A stretch of 64,000 nt of DNA. Origin: Eledone cirrhosa (lineage: Eukaryota). How positions within the stretch are numbered: the first letter of the stretch is position 1; each line of letters opens with the position of its first letter. A program made the translations under genes and the position numbers. The notes beneath the pieces were generated by a model. That model saw only the letters and a list, made by a program, of their open reading frames with translations, was not told the DNA's origin and ran no database searches. The stretch is taken from the NCBI GenBank assembly GCA_964016885.1, contig OZ024743.1, positions 119,288,001-119,352,000 on the forward strand, given 5' to 3'. This document shows positions 14,238 through 28,612 of this stretch, in pieces.

Positions 14238-14418
14238 AGTTTCTGATTTAGGCATAAGGCCAGCAATTTTTTTTTTGTGGAGGTGGTGGTGGTGGTGGTG
14301 GTGGTGGTGGTGTGTGTGTGTGTGGGGGGGGGGGGATAAATTGACCCCTGTGCTGGTGCTTTATTTTAGCGACCCCGTAAGGATGAAAGACAAAAGCTAA
14401 CCTCGGCGGGATTTGAAC
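14238..14418 (-). mobile_element. Major SINE copy with internal (GGT)n
   Basis: Core and B-box on the minus strand. Confidence 0.75.
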
Positions 14419-14989
14419 ATATTTCGGAAGCAAAATAATAAAGCAAAGAATTGTTACCATAGGATTTAAAAAGCAACCAACTAATGAGAAAGTATTTCAA
14501 CAAAGGGGTTATGATTCTCGAAGAATATCTCATATAAGGGAAGGGTTTTAACCAAGATATAATGGAATTTCATGAAATGAGAATTGAATATTGCCCGTAT
14601 GCCATTTTCAAAACAGAAAACATCAATTGCGATATTCTTGGTATGACGAAAGCTGAAAGATATACTATAAATGTGTCACAAACCAAGTTAAAGTGTGAGA
14701 AAAGGAGTAGAAATCAAACATCTTTACGGGTGTATATTGCATCGTCACCACGGCTTCTTTCTTTCTTCTCAGTACTAACTACGACATACTTTGGTATGTA
14801 TGTTTCTACATCTGTTATGTTACTTGTTAGATATGTTTATTTGAGCAGCATGCATATTTCTAGCGTTCAGCAGTAGCATTGTTGTGACATTTCTATAGGT
14901 GTCAGTGGTGGCAACTCTGGATATGTTCTTTGTGTGCTGGTGTGCTGGTGTGCTTAGCTTTTATTCTGTATCTGATGCAACTAAGACGT

Positions 14990-15775
14990 GTTAGTTAGTT
15001 ACCACAGTCAGTACTACATCTTTCCTAAACGCAACGTCTGCATATCTCCTTTTGATGGGTGCAGATAGTTATGTTTCCATTTCAAGTACATTCCAATCAT
15101 CTAACTTTCTTTCACTAATTCCTATTTCAATAGTGTTACATAGGTAATAGCATTTCATAACTATTTTGTTAAGCTCGTTCAGCCATTTTGTTCTTTCTCC
15201 TAAACTATCTTATTTGTAGTAATAAAATAGCAACAGACACGGATAAATGCTTGCTTCACCTGCCTTCCACAATTGAGTACCCTAGCTCCACAAACCCCCA
15301 ATGAACATGCTTCGATGTCTTCACTACCAGTTTCGGTTTTTTCTTAATAATGTTTTCTCTGATACGTCGCTTCATAATGAGGGTGGTGATTTAAGGGGAC
15401 CACGCAACCTATATTTTTATCATGATACCGTCTCTAGGAGGGTTGCTAACAAATGTTAAAGAAGGTCTTCTCTCCATGAGATACATTTCACCCGCTGTTA
15501 AATATGGTATACCATTGGTAAAATTAGTGGTTTGCCAGTTTAAAGTTGGGCTACCACCAGCGTTTATCGAGAAACCTTCAGCCAAATCTAAAGAACTTCT
15601 ACTGCCCGTGCAACATGGCAGTACCACTTCAGATAAAAGGTATTTCTAAATCACAAGGATTCACAACCCTGGAGTCAGGCCCTTACCAGGTGTTGTCAGA
15701 TAGTGTCAGCTTAATCTAGTACTCGTGACTGCTAGGTTGTCATACCATGAAATAACGACTGAATCAATAACCCCG
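14990..15775 (-). mobile_element. Possible decayed 5' part of an R4/Dong-like non-LTR retrotransposon abutting (TAG)n
   Basis: Minus-strand peptide GERTKWLNELNKIVMKCYYL (~15140-15200) resembles, from memory, the N-terminus of Dong/R4 ORFs. Starts directly after the (TAC)n tract at 15775-15862. Confidence 0.4.
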
Positions 15776-15818
<43 letters not shown>

Positions 15819-16428
15819 TTACTACTACTACCACTACCACTACCACTACTACTACTACTACTGGTTGTTGTAGTTTATCATCCGACTTTGCTACTGATTA
15901 TCCAATATGCCAGGCATACTAAATTACAAGGTTGGCAGCGGGGTAGGACAGTGAATTCTCTTTTTTATTAGAATTTCAAATAGTAACCCATCCATCATTT
16001 ATAAACACCTAGTGTCTATAAGTATGAATATGTTTACGTACTTCTGCTTAGACTGCCCCCTCCACATTCTCTCTGTATTTTTCTCTGTCTTTCTTCCGCT
16101 TTTTCTCCTCCTCTCTTTCCATCTGTCACTCCCACCACCTCCCTCATACATATTGTTTATATATGTGTGTACGTAGATACACTAATATCTACTTATTTGA
16201 AAGCACGTGTGTGTATGTGTGTGTATTAGTGTGTGTGTTTGTGTGTGCGAGTGTATGTGTGTGTGCGTGTGTGTGTGTGCGTGCGTGCATTATAAAACAC
16301 TTTTACATCACATTGGTAACACAACACCTGTACTGTCCGTGTCTAGTTTGATGTTCATTTGAATTTGCACTATTCATGCTTGCCCATTCGTACTAACAAA
16401 GAAATATAAGAAAGGAACAGACACACAT

Positions 16429-16510
<82 letters not shown>

Positions 16511-16689
16511 ACACACACGCACGCACATATCCATACATATATGTATCTATACTGAAAAATGTGTGGTTTATCTACGATCAAATATAGAACGTGCCAACCA
16601 TTAACCGAATGAGCACTCAATACATATGAGCAAAGTACATATTTTATTCTTCGAAGAAAAGCAACATATAACAACAATTTCAAAATTAT

Positions 16690-16975
16690 CCACAAGGCCA
16701 TCGATTTTCGGGGAGGGGCAGTTAATCGTATCGAATTCAGTACATTACTGGTATTTATTTTGTCGACCCGAGAAAGATAACAGGCAACGTTAGCCACGGT
16801 GGGATTTCAACTCGGCATTTTGACAAACGCTCTATAACTTCTCAAAATTCACCGCCCTAAAGTAATATATAATATTAAGGCCAGCAATTTTGAATAGAAG
16901 GGAAAGTAAATTATATCAACCCTAGTACTTAACTGGTACTTTCTATTATCGACCCCAGAAGAATTAAAGGCAAAG
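16690..16975 (-). mobile_element. Two diverged major SINE copies
   Basis: Core remnants. Confidence 0.65.
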
Positions 16976-17565
16976 TATATATATATATATATATATATCA
17001 CCTTACTGCTATCCTCTTTCTCTCTCCCCTTTCTCTCTCCTTGTACTTCTGCTGGTCTCACTCTCTCGGCTGGCCTCTTCCTCACACTTTCACTCACTCA
17101 CTCTCTGCTGCTCCCCCCCTCTCACTTCCTCCCGTCTGACCTGTGTGAAATCCTTTTCTTGCTCACATTTCGCAGGGTTCGGACTCGTCTGTCGTCTTCT
17201 CATCGTTGATTTGGTCGAACTTAAGTTCACATGTATCATTGACTTGTTTCTCATTTCCTCTCTTTACGTTGCATTACTACTTTTGTTTGTTTACTGTCCC
17301 TCTTTCTCCACCCAATTCGCTCTGTCCCAATAACTTATTTTAGTTATTGCTCGCACTGATTTTGAGGTATCTGGTCTTTAATGCGAAGAAATATCGATGA
17401 TAGTCAGAAGATCACTGATGATGGACAGTCCCGTTTCTCGCTCTATTTTTTCATTCATATATATATATAATTTAAAGTACCATAAAATATATATGTATGA
17501 TGAATGTTTCTTAGTAAAAAAAAAGCTCAATGGACGTTTGTCCAAAGTATCAATAATTAAAAAAT

Positions 17566-17612
<47 letters not shown>

Positions 17613-19058
17613 CCATATATCATTAAAGAAACACAGTATTTTGTACATATATACGTATAAATTATATAATATTTAGGAAACAGTATATACTTTAAGGTGG
17701 AAAATTTATTCTATTCTTTACGGTAGCCGTTTCATTGTCCCTAGAACCATATTCAAAATCGATATAAGCAATCGATCATCGATTACAAACTATCAATTTT
17801 GGTATAGCTCCGAAAGATGAGGTACTAATTGTCAGAGGAAATCGTCTTGCTATATGTTCCAATAAAATGCAAAATACCTTTATATCCGTCATGTTCCGAG
17901 ATGTAATCAATCCTTACTGCATGGTGTAAATGAATGCTTAACAGTGACGGTAGACATAAACAGGACTGGACGTCGCGTCTGCTAGGAAAAGGTGCAATGT
18001 ACCTGTTACAGCACAAGCAGCTCAACAAATTAAGAATTCGGAACAGATGGAAAGCAAGCTGTAGATATTGAAAGAGCTATCATTCTACAACCAGAAACTA
18101 CGAAAAATTCGCATTAATTCTGAAAAAGTATACATTGCATTCAAACTGAAACACCTTTATCTGCTAGAACATTAATGAAGAACAGAACCAGAATGATGGA
18201 AAATATGGAAAGTCTGATTCTTGGTGGATATATATCAGCTTACTGCTCAATGTTCACTACATGCCAAAGAATGTAAGCTTAAATTTATTTGATGACCTAA
18301 AATAAATAAATCATAGGTTGTGACAGAACGTACAATATCATATTAAATAAAGACGGGATGATCTCATTTGGTTTATTTTTTATGAAATGTGTGCTCCATA
18401 TAATTTGACTTAGGTTGAACAATAACGACAACATACGCCTCTACCACCACTCAAACGTTTTCTTTTCATTTTAATTTCATACATTTCTATTGTGTTAAAG
18501 AGGAACAGAAAAGGAGTACTCTATAAGGTGGATCGACATGCTAGAAAAGTAATCAAAATTTCCTCAAATCACACCTAATCATCTGAAAAAGTGAGAAACG
18601 AATCTCATAAGCTGAAGTGGTATGGTCTTGGCTGGAATGTATTTTTTCTTAGATCTGTTCATTTGATCATAATTTAAACAACATTAAAACCATATATCTT
18701 TGGTTGAATGCGCATAGCTGAAACGATTTTGATCATAGGTTTGTTTCATCACATTGAAAATAAAAATAATGCCCCCTCGGAAAGACAGGGAGAATGACGC
18801 TATTTAAAAAAAGATTCTTGTTGCTGTTTAGCCTCCAGCCAAGCCTGATCCAACAGACCTATAACCCGAGGCATTCCAGCAGTAACTATCTCCATCCTTT
18901 GTTTCTGACTCAGTGTGTATACGACCACATTACCCAAATGTGTACTTTCTTTTATTCATGGGTGTAACTTGAAGATAATTTTGCTTTATTTTTATTAGTA
19001 CGTCGAGCAACCGAATAACAGGGCTGGAATCTGTCAACAGTCGGCGAAATTTCACTTT

Positions 19059-19243
19059 GGATTGGCAGTATCGGTAGAGGGTCGTACGCCATGCTTTGAT
19101 GCATAGAGTTACGGCCTTTGCCATTCTGAGTTCAAATCCCACCGAGGTTAACTTTGCTTTTCATTCTTACGGGGTCGATAAAATAAAGTACCAGTAATTC
19201 ACTGTGTAATTGCTGGCCTTGTGCCAAAAGTAGAAACAATTAT
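19059..19243 (+). mobile_element. Major SINE copy
   Basis: Head, core and tail all present. Confidence 0.85.
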
Positions 19244-19438
19244 TTAAATTAGAGCGAAGTCGTAGTCTCAATAAACCAATATGAATTTTTTTCATTTATT
19301 TTTTTTACATTTATGTCAAAATAATAAAGTTGTATTTATATAAACGTGTAAAATTAAATTATGCAACTCTACAGGTTTTTTTATACACTTGCAGTTAGCC
19401 CCTACTATTTTGAAGATTATCCACCCTAATGTCTAGAG

Positions 19439-19728
19439 CAGTCATGGGAAACCTGCGGCCGCGAGACTTTCTGAATGGTTCGCCTAAGTCACCTATGTGA
19501 AATCTTTCCGATTTTTTTACCCCAACTTTTCAGTCGTAATTTATCTTTCTATCATTTTTACGATCGAGGAAAAACAACGTGTACGAATTCTGAAGAAACA
19601 AATCAAATCAACCTGAGTTATTGCCCTTTTTTTAATGTGGACACGAATGTAAATTAGCGCCTGCGGCCCGCCTGATGATAAGCCATATCTCATGCGGCCT
19701 GCTTCTCGAAAAAGGTTGCCCATGCCTG
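19439..19728. mobile_element. hAT (Charlie/Buster-type) MITE
   Basis: 16-bp TIRs cagtcatgggaaacct / aggttgcccatgcctg and an 8-bp TSD gtctagag / gtctagaa (nTCTAGAn). Confidence 0.88.
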
Positions 19729-20214
19729 GTCTAGAAGCTCCTCAAATTTATAGTTCATCAGAGAGTCATCAAATGTAAAAAGGAAATACGATGTTAATAC
19801 AAACAAATAAACAAACATTGATTTTAAAAAGAACTTGAGAGACAGACGACAGTGAGGAAAATAACAAACATATACCGACTTTTACATGATTATCGTGTTA
19901 CGTATAATTAGTTATAACAGACTCTAAATGTTCACGGATATTATATTACATAAGTTATTTGACAACTCTTATATAAATGTATTTAGCATCCGTTTGGGCA
20001 ATATGTATGGCAGTTAGTTGATCGGTCAACGGAACTTCCCACGGAAAGAATTATAGTGTAGTAGGCTGAGAATTTCATAGACACTCGTACCTTAAACGCA
20101 ATACTCAGACACATTTAGCGCGAGAATGTGCGACAAGTCTGTGTGTATTTATTTACAAATATCCTATATCTTATTTAGATCTGGTAATACGATAGGACTA
20201 TGTTTCATCTATGA

Positions 20215-21310
20215 AGTTACTTAATATAGAAAGATATCCAGAGTATGCACCCGACGCACTATCTCCTACAAGTAATTTTCACTAGTTTATATTCTCAAGA
20301 TTTATACTGAGGCAGTTAGTGACACATCCCAGATCCCCAATAATGACAGGTATAAATCTGAAGGTATAGTCAGGGTGGAGTATCTGCAGATTCCTCATTC
20401 ATTAGTTCTGCGTAGATGTTCTCCTTTTCGCCAATCTTCAATATATTGAAATCTACTAGGCAGCTGACTTCCAGTACTGTGTATGCCTTCTTTTCATTGT
20501 CCCATATCAGTATATCTGGTCTGGTGTGCATGCATTTCATTGAGGTTTTGACTGGAATATTTCAAAATTACTCTTTCATATGAATGTTTATGTCTACCAC
20601 TTTGCTGTAACTTTTAATTTCGTTTATTGTCGGGGCTATCTTTTCTACGGATAGTACCATGATGACATCTATGGACAGCTGTTTATGACATGGGTGACAT
20701 CTTCGATGTTAATTCTGCAGAGTTTGCATTCGTTGTCAAATCTAGGTGTTTGCCTGCATCCCTATCTCTTTTGTGATTCAGATATTTTGTATTGATTTCC
20801 TGTTCTTGGATTGCAAATGCATATCCTTCAAATTGAGAGCCAATATAGCTATTGTTGGTCCAAGATAGACTATTTTGCTTATCTATATTACTCTCACACC
20901 GCAGCCTCCTGGCATCACATCTATGCATGAATGTTTGCTGATAAGGATGCAATTATTCATTCATGGGTTCACTGCGATATTGCTGGGCGATTTATCTGGG
21001 TATGAGTTTTGATTATCATGCAGGGAGGATTTTTCAAGGAGTTCCTTCCTCAAGGTCTTACCTGTCTCGCGTAGACAGGCTTGTTCAATAGATGGCCTCA
21101 TACGATGGGCTCATAGATGTTGATGGAGGGATGGGATGTGACACTCAAATGCTGTCTTGACTGATGTTAGACCTCTACCTCCCTGCTTACGTTTCAAGTA
21201 GAGGCGGTCATTGTCACTGTTGATGTGAAAGTTTCTGGTGTTGATTAGGATTTTTCGGGTTTTAAGATCAATTGCTTGGATTTCGTCTATCGTCTGGGTA
21301 TGGTCTTCTG
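20215..21310 (-). pseudogene. R4/Dong-clade non-LTR retrotransposon 3' part (RT C-terminus, zinc knuckle, REL endonuclease), decayed
   Basis: DLKTRKIL...HINSDNDRLYLKRKQGGRGL; EGYAFAIQEQEINTK; CKLCRINIEDVTHVINSC; RPDILIWD...VLEVS. Confidence 0.85.
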
Positions 21311-21548
21311 GTTTTATGATTTTATAAATGTATACCAATAGAGAGAGAGTCGGTTTCTAAGATAGATACAAGACTCTCTGATTGGTATTTACACATCAAC
21401 TAGATACGTAGATATCTATGCATCTCTACATGCATGCACGTGTGCAGGTATGGATGTTATTGTATGTGTGGATGTGCATGTTTTGAGTTATATATGTGTA
21501 AGTGCATATGCTTTGTATATATATATATATACATGTGCACATGCAGTT

Positions 21549-21828
21549 ATTAGATACAGAATTTTGGGAATGTTTTACGTAGTTTTACTGTTCCATTAAT
21601 GGCTTGTACTTGTAATTTCCTAAATAGTCGTGTTCTTTCTGTTTCTGTGAAGCTCAGCTTCTCAAGATTTGTACTGAGGCAGTTACTAACATATCCCAGT
21701 GTCCCAATAAACACAGATATAAATCTGAAGGTATAGTCAGGGCGGAGTATCTGTAGATTTCTCATTAGTGCTGCATAAATATTCTCCTTTTCGCTAATCT
21801 TTGATATTATATTGGCATCTGCAGAACA
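21549..21828 (-). mobile_element. Second 3' fragment of the same R4/Dong-like family, abutting (TATG)n
   Basis: [38 protein letters not shown] is homologous to 20290-20450. Confidence 0.8.
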
Positions 21829-21856
21829 GATGTATGTATGTATGTATGTATGTATG

Positions 21857-21887
<31 letters not shown>

Positions 21888-21936
21888 GTATGTATGTATA
21901 TATATACATACATATATATACGTACATATATGCATA

Positions 21937-21970
<34 letters not shown>

Positions 21971-22541
21971 TACGCGTATATATACATATATATATGTGCA
22001 TATATACATATATATACATGCATATGTATATACATACATATATATATGCATATATACATACATATATGTGCATATATACATATATATATACATGCATATG
22101 TATATACATATATACATACATATATATGTGCATATATACATACATATATATGTGCATATACACATATATATATATATATACATATACAAATATATATATA
22201 CATACATATATATATATACATATATACATATATACATACATATATATATATATACATACATATATATATATGCATGTATATACATACATATATATATACA
22301 TACATATATATATATATACATACATATATATATACATACATATATATATACATACATATATGTACATACATATATATATACATATATACATACATGTATA
22401 CATACATACATACACATATATATATATATACATATGTATATATATATATATACATATGTATATATAATATATGTATTTATGTATGTGTATGTATGTGTAT
22501 ATATACGTGTGTATATATATATATATGTATGTATGTATATA

Positions 22542-22608
<67 letters not shown>
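21829..22608. repeat. Compound (TATG)n/(TA)n/(CATA)n microsatellite
   Basis: Directly visible. Source of spurious YI-rich ORFs. Confidence 0.95.
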
Positions 22609-22611
<3 letters not shown>

Positions 22612-22697
22612 GAAAAATTGAACAGGGACAAAACAGAGAGGCAGTACGATAAATGTTTATTAAATTCACATTCAGGAGAGTGGGGGGTAGGTGGGGG

Positions 22698-22700
<3 letters not shown>
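22608..22700 (-). mobile_element. Family K tail fragment in (TA)n
   Basis: Matches 47919-48011. Confidence 0.7.
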
Positions 22701-22752
<52 letters not shown>

Positions 22753-23325
22753 ATATATATGTATGGTCAGGTCACTTTGGACATCCTGCAGGACTAAAAA
22801 CAAAACCTGTCAAAGGGCAAAGGAGCTCTTAAGAGTCAATGGTCATCCAAAATCACCGGGAGAGATGACCCCTTAGCCTTTGTCAAGGCAGAATTCTAGA
22901 AGAAGGAAAACTCTGATATAACATCTGCAACCCTGATGGTATCCAATGATGCTGACTTGTTCTTCTTTTTGGTAAATATCATCTTGGTTAAGAGAGTGGG
23001 ACTGGCTTTGCGCAGTGCCTTTGCTCACTATAAAAGCTTCACGGCACAGGCATTGCTTTATATCTGGAGATCTCTCTGCACTTGTCGTCACATGGTACCA
23101 TGGGCCCAGCACTATGTGTCAATAATTGTCACAAGTGTAGTGTTTGTACCAGAGTTTTCAAGTCGCTGGCTGGACTAAAAAGTCACACTCGTTCAGCACA
23201 TCGGTAGGGGTTCTCCTACATTGATATAAAGTAGTGGCCGTACTCGAAAACGAGTTGGCAGCCACCATGTATGTATGTATGTATGTATGTATGTATGTAT
23301 GTATGTATGTATGTATGTATGTATG

Positions 23326-23368
<43 letters not shown>

Positions 23369-23462
23369 TTATCTTAATATCTATCTATCTAGCTAGCTAT
23401 CCATCTATGCATGTATACTTCATATTTCAAAATAATTTTAATAAAACTAAAAGCATTTAATA

Positions 23463-24100
23463 ATAATTGTTTCTACTTTTGGCACAAGGCCATCAATTAT
23501 CCCAGTGCATAACTGGAGCTTTATTTTATAGACCCCGTAAGGATGAAAGACAAAATTAACCTCGGCAGGATTTGAACTGAGACTATAAAAGGTGGTAGCT
23601 CCATGCTCCAAAGCATGGCGCCCGACCCTCTTCCGATACTGCCTATCCACCGCCCTAAAACATTTAATAATAACGTATTTATTGATTACATTTTAATAGG
23701 GCGGTGGATTGGCAGTAATAGGTAGAGCGTCAGGCACCATGCTTTGCAGCATAGAGTCATGGCCCTTTACGTTCTGAGTTCAAATCCCGCTGAGGTTAAC
23801 TTTGCCTTTCAACTTTACGGGGTCGATAAAATAAATCACCAGTAATACACTGTATATATACATGTGTACATGCAGTTATTAGATACAGAAATTTTGTGCC
23901 AAAAGTAGAAACAAGATTGGCAGTATCGGTAGAGGTTCGGACGCCATGCTTTGACGCATAGGGTTACGGCCCTTGCCATTCTGAGTTCAAATCCCGCCGA
24001 GGTTAACTTTGCCTTTCATCCTTACGGGGTCGATAAAATAAAGTACCAGTAATGTACTGGTTAATTTTCTGGCCTTGTGCCAATAGTAAAAACAATTATT
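23463..24100. mobile_element. Cluster of three major SINE copies (23463-23655 minus, 23699-23852 plus, 23915-24100 plus)
   Basis: SINE heads and cores. Confidence 0.82.
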
Positions 24101-24599
24101 TTAATAAATTTTAAAATTCAACACATTATATATTATCTTATCAGATGCCAGTGAAATAACAAGTTAATTATATTTTACCAACAATAACACACATACAGAA
24201 GTAATAGCGAAAGCCAGATAAGCCAGGAAACAAACTAGAGACACTAAAGAGACATAAAGAGGGAGGCAGAAAGAAACAGCCATACAGATAGAAAAAGAGA
24301 GAGGAGACGTTGGTCACTCCGCCTAGGTCATAAGTTCAGAATGAATGTATACCTATAAGATAAGTAGTAAACAAGCACACACAAGCAGCCCACAAAACAA
24401 TAAAAACCAACAGATTTTGAACTTATGACCTAGGGTCTTAAAAGGATTGGTCATCCTAACTCTTGCTGTTTCTTTCTTTCTCTCTCTTGTCTCTTACTCT
24501 CTATATAAATGTCTATGAATGAGTGTGTGTGGAGAGGGGGGGGCGTGTTTTGTCTGTGTGTTTTAATATATCTGGCATCTGCTGTCGTTTAAGTGGAAA

Positions 24600-25030
24600 A
24601 GTTTTGCTGAAATTTTGTGACATGGTCATGAATTTCGGATAATGACCGAAAGAATACGATCGGGAATACGAGCGGCCGAATTGCCGTACCCCCGAAGGGT
24701 CTTTGGAGTAAAGTTACTCAATAGAGTACGTAGCTCTGAGACCAGAGAGTTTCTCCAGGTAGAACTCCTACTTCTCCGAATTGAGAGATCACAGCTCCAA
24801 AATTATGGTCATGTGGTTATAATGTCTCAGGAAAGAATCGCAGGACAGATTTTCCGGGAAAAACCAGCTGGTAGACCCCGAGCAAGATGGTTGAATAACA
24901 TCTATGAGCATAGCTGGTCTCGCTTGGTGATGCAGCCGAATCAGTAGGAGAGGGTTACTTCTGACAGGACCCGCAGGAAGGAGTGTCTGAAGACAGTGCC
25001 CCCACGACCCTCTCAAGAAGAAGAAGAAGT
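24600..25030 (+). mobile_element. RTE-clade LINE 3' fragment with (AAG)n tail
   Basis: NRVRSSETRE.LQVE.LLLRIERSQL..YGHV..M..ER...GRPRARW. Confidence 0.8.
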
Positions 25031-25199
25031 GCACTCTGTAATTCACGGCACCTGTATGGATAATTTTTCGGCAAGCAGCATTAGCTGAATAAATTTAAGT
25101 GCAAATTACATCATATATTGAGCAATTTTTCTCTTGTTCGTTATAAACAACTGATAAATGTGTCCACTACATTTGGAGCACTATAAATGAACTGAAACA

Positions 25200-26300
25200 A
25201 TAAAGCTGAATAATTCAAAAGCACTTTCTAATCCACCCAGTAAAATGTTAAAAACTCTACTTTAAAAGGCTAATGCGTAAAAAAAAAAAAAATTAAATAA
25301 AAAACAACAAAAAAAAAACATGTTCCCAGACAAATAAAATGGAAAGCATACTTTTCTGACAAGCTTTTTACAAAATAAGGAATTTGGAAATTTCAAAACT
25401 GATTTAATTAACCAGTGGATTGTGAGAAAACGCATGAAAACAAACCCAATTACATAGAACGTAATCTACGACAAGACTACAATCTTAGTAAAACATTTAT
25501 ATGTATCAGGTTCAATAGAATAGCTCAATTCATGCAGTACTTACTTAAAAGACTACAAGGAGTATTATCAAGCTAATTCAAAGCATAGATTTATAAACCC
25601 ATCTAAAGAGAATTAGGTATTGTCAGCAAACATATTTTAGGTTCTATGAACATAAAAATAAAGCACGCAACAAACTTAAGGCAATGGAATTTTAGCAATA
25701 CCCTTATTGTGGCTTAATGATATCATAATGCTCAGCTAGACATTGTGAAATTTTACCCATCCATTTCTAAAAAACAAAACCAAAACAACAACAACAACAA
25801 AAATACAGCATACTGAAGAATACCAGTAGATACATTATAGCAATCACTGTGACTTTGTGATACTTCCTTCGATGTTAAAAAACACAAATACTAACTGAAT
25901 CTGTGAGGAGCTATGACAGCGAAGAAACGGCAAACTTGGCTGGGCTATGCAACATTAATACTAAAAAAAACAGGACATTTACAGAGACAACTAACTAAAA
26001 CTTAGAACGATACTAAATAGTTTTTTAAAATAATTTGATTGAAAAATTACAATATATGCAAACCCGAAGATATTAAATTTTCTTGATGCACCCAAAACTT
26101 AGACGTCGGCAAATAACACTCCTAACAATAAACCAAACGAAGAAATAATATATATAAATAGGATTGTCAAACACCCACCCACCATTATACAGCCCATTAC
26201 AAACAACATTAGCAGTCACATATTTAATCTATCATCGTCCAGTGACATATTTAACAATGCTACCCTATACAATAATACAGTTCTACCTAGAATAACTCCA
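25200..26300 (+). pseudogene. Heavily decayed Naiad-type PLE RT
   Basis: Ordered remnants DIVKFYPSIS (~25740), SYDSEETANLAG (~25910), YRD (~25980), NFLD (~26076) and NKPNEEIIYIN..HPP (~26127). Confidence 0.7.
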
Positions 26301-26394
26301 AACGTAAAAATAGAAAGACTATATAGGTATATTCTCGCCGTAGCTGAAATGCATTCACTAACTAGAACTTTCCATATGCTAATCAGTACTCACT

Positions 26395-26562
26395 GCAGTA
26401 TCGGTAGAAGGTCGGACGCCATGCCTTCCAGAATAGTTACGTCCCTTTACGGTCTGAGTTCAATTCCCATCGAGGTTAACTTTGCCTTTCATCCTTACGG
26501 GGTCGATAAAATAAAGTACCAGTAATGCATTTTCTGGCTTTGTGCCAAAAGTAGAAACAACT
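26395..26562 (+). mobile_element. Major SINE copy
   Basis: Head and core. Confidence 0.8.
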
Positions 26563-27080
26563 ATATATTCTGGCAACATTGGGTTACGAATCTCTAACGG
26601 CAGTCCTTAAACACGAAGCAAACAAAATGTAGGAATCTAATTGGTGTGACACAATTAGATGCCAGGAGACACACTAAATATAAACAGCATTAAAAGAGAG
26701 AGAGGGGGAGGAAGAGAGAGAGAGAGAGAGAGATCTTTATGATAACATACATGTGAATTTAACAGCTGCCTTTCTCACTCAAAAGTATTAATTTCTATTT
26801 AATCAATACATTCGACGGTAACATATTTTTTACAGGTGGGCACAATTCGTATGTAATATATTTACGACACACACACACACACACACACAAACATGCACAA
26901 CCACACAAAAAAAAATATGTGTGTCTGAGAGTGTGCGTGTGTATAAACGGAATTCTGTCGTTACATATAGGATTTATATTACACAAATAAAATATATCTA
27001 TTGAAAGTGAAAATATACGCAAAATAGTATAGGCATTGACCCATATATAGCCCGCAATCCTCGGCATACACATATATAAT

Positions 27081-27459
27081 GGTTTCTTATATAGTCACAA
27101 GTAATTTGGGGGGAGGGGAAAGTCGATTAAATCGACCCCAGTGCATGACTGGTACTTTATTTTATCGACACCATAAGAATGAAAGGCAAAGTTAACCTCG
27201 GCGGGATTTGAGCTCAGATCATAAAGAGCCGTAACTCTATGCTGCAAAGCATGGCGTCCGACCCTCTACCGATACTGCCAATCCACCGCCCTCTCGGCAT
27301 ACACATATATAATTGTTTCTACTTTAGGCACAAGGCCAGCAATTACCCAGTACATTACTGGTACTTTATTTTATCGACCCCGTAAGGATGAAAGGCAAAG
27401 TCAACGTCGGCGGGATTTGAACTCAGATCGTAAAGGGACGTAACTATGCTGGAAAGCAT
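27081..27459 (-). mobile_element. Two major SINE copies, the first with a 21-bp TSD
   Basis: ctcggcatacacatatataat at 27060-27080 and 27293-27313. Confidence 0.85.
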
Positions 27460-27534
27460 AATGAATGGGCGAATGCTACTGAATATTAACATCGCGTGAG
27501 TGAAGTTTAATGAATTTATTATATATATATATAT

Positions 27535-27640
27535 ATATAAGACAAGAGCTGAAAAATATCTTTTAACATGTTAAAATATCCCCCACACCCGTACAGATAC
27601 ATTCCTACTGACCGAATCCCTCTACCACGAATTACTCTGC

Positions 27641-27676
<36 letters not shown>

Positions 27677-28250
27677 ACTTGTCTTAATAGGCACCTGAAC
27701 TGTTGACCTGTCAACATGACTGCAATTCACACACACATCCCTACTGACCATTATCACAACAATTAACCTCTTTACTACTACACACATACACACACATATT
27801 TGTCTTAAAAGACTTATTTTTCAGTGACTTCTCAATCAGCCGAGACAAACCTACATTTGTCGCAAAATCAATTTTTAACATTCACATGACCTCTGCCGAC
27901 CAATCAAAATTGTTTTGACCACAAGAATTTTTGCAACACGAATTGGCGCGAAACTTATTTTAATACATCTGGAGCCACTTTTTTCACATAAAACAGGTAG
28001 AATTTCCAAAACTAATCAGATTAGAGCAAATATCACGGGCGCTCTATCTCAAAATTATTTTTGAAAAGCATTAGAAATGCGCAACCGGTAAAAACTTAAA
28101 ACCAAAACTGAATACTAACCAATACTTATTACTAATTTTTACTTATTCCTAATTAAACTATTTTTCACTGGGAACAATTTGTCAGCATTTTCTTTTCCTT
28201 TTACCAATATATCATAACTCGTGTGTTACACCTCTATTCTTTTAAATACA
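27535..28250 (+). mobile_element. Family G PLE 3' UTR/pLTR fragment
   Basis: Homologous to the reverse complement of 31460-32170 and to 33370-33488. Confidence 0.75.
28058..28093 (+). ncRNA. Hammerhead-like motif with U3-A8 and A13C (family G); second copy at 31581-31617 on minus
   Basis: ttt TTGAAAA GCAT-tagaa-ATGC GCAA CCGG TA aaa. Confidence 0.55.
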
Positions 28251-28260
28251 CATATATATA

Positions 28261-28399
28261 TAGGAACGAGTAGGACCCCGACGGCTGAGCTCAGCCGTCG
28301 GGGTCCTACTCGTTCCTATTACCCACTCTACTACCCTAAGTATTGAGTACTTTGGTGCGTTATGGTCCACCTGGTTCCTTACCACATTTCCTTCGTTAT
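28261..28399. mobile_element. Family F insert, perfect palindrome centred on gagctc
   Basis: taggaacgagtaggaccccgacggctgag|ctcagccgtcggggtcctactcgttccta followed by the tail. Confidence 0.85.
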
Positions 28400-28559
28400 A
28401 TATATATATATATATATATATACTGCTGTATTAAGTGTGGCCGAAATTCGAGAACTACTGTAGGTTGTATTGAAGCGAATAACTACGTGTATACTCTGGG
28501 AGTTTATTTAACATTACCTATTGAGTACGCTGAGATGCAACCGGTTTTACGTCCGCCAA

Positions 28560-28604
<45 letters not shown>

Positions 28605-28612
<8 letters not shown>

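Noticed and set aside
15409-15649. Overlapping ORFs on both strands as a host exon
   Set aside because: No recognisable homology or convincing splice donor. It lies within a probable retroelement remnant.
23463-23852. Inverted repeat
   Set aside because: Two independent, diverged SINE copies in opposite orientation.
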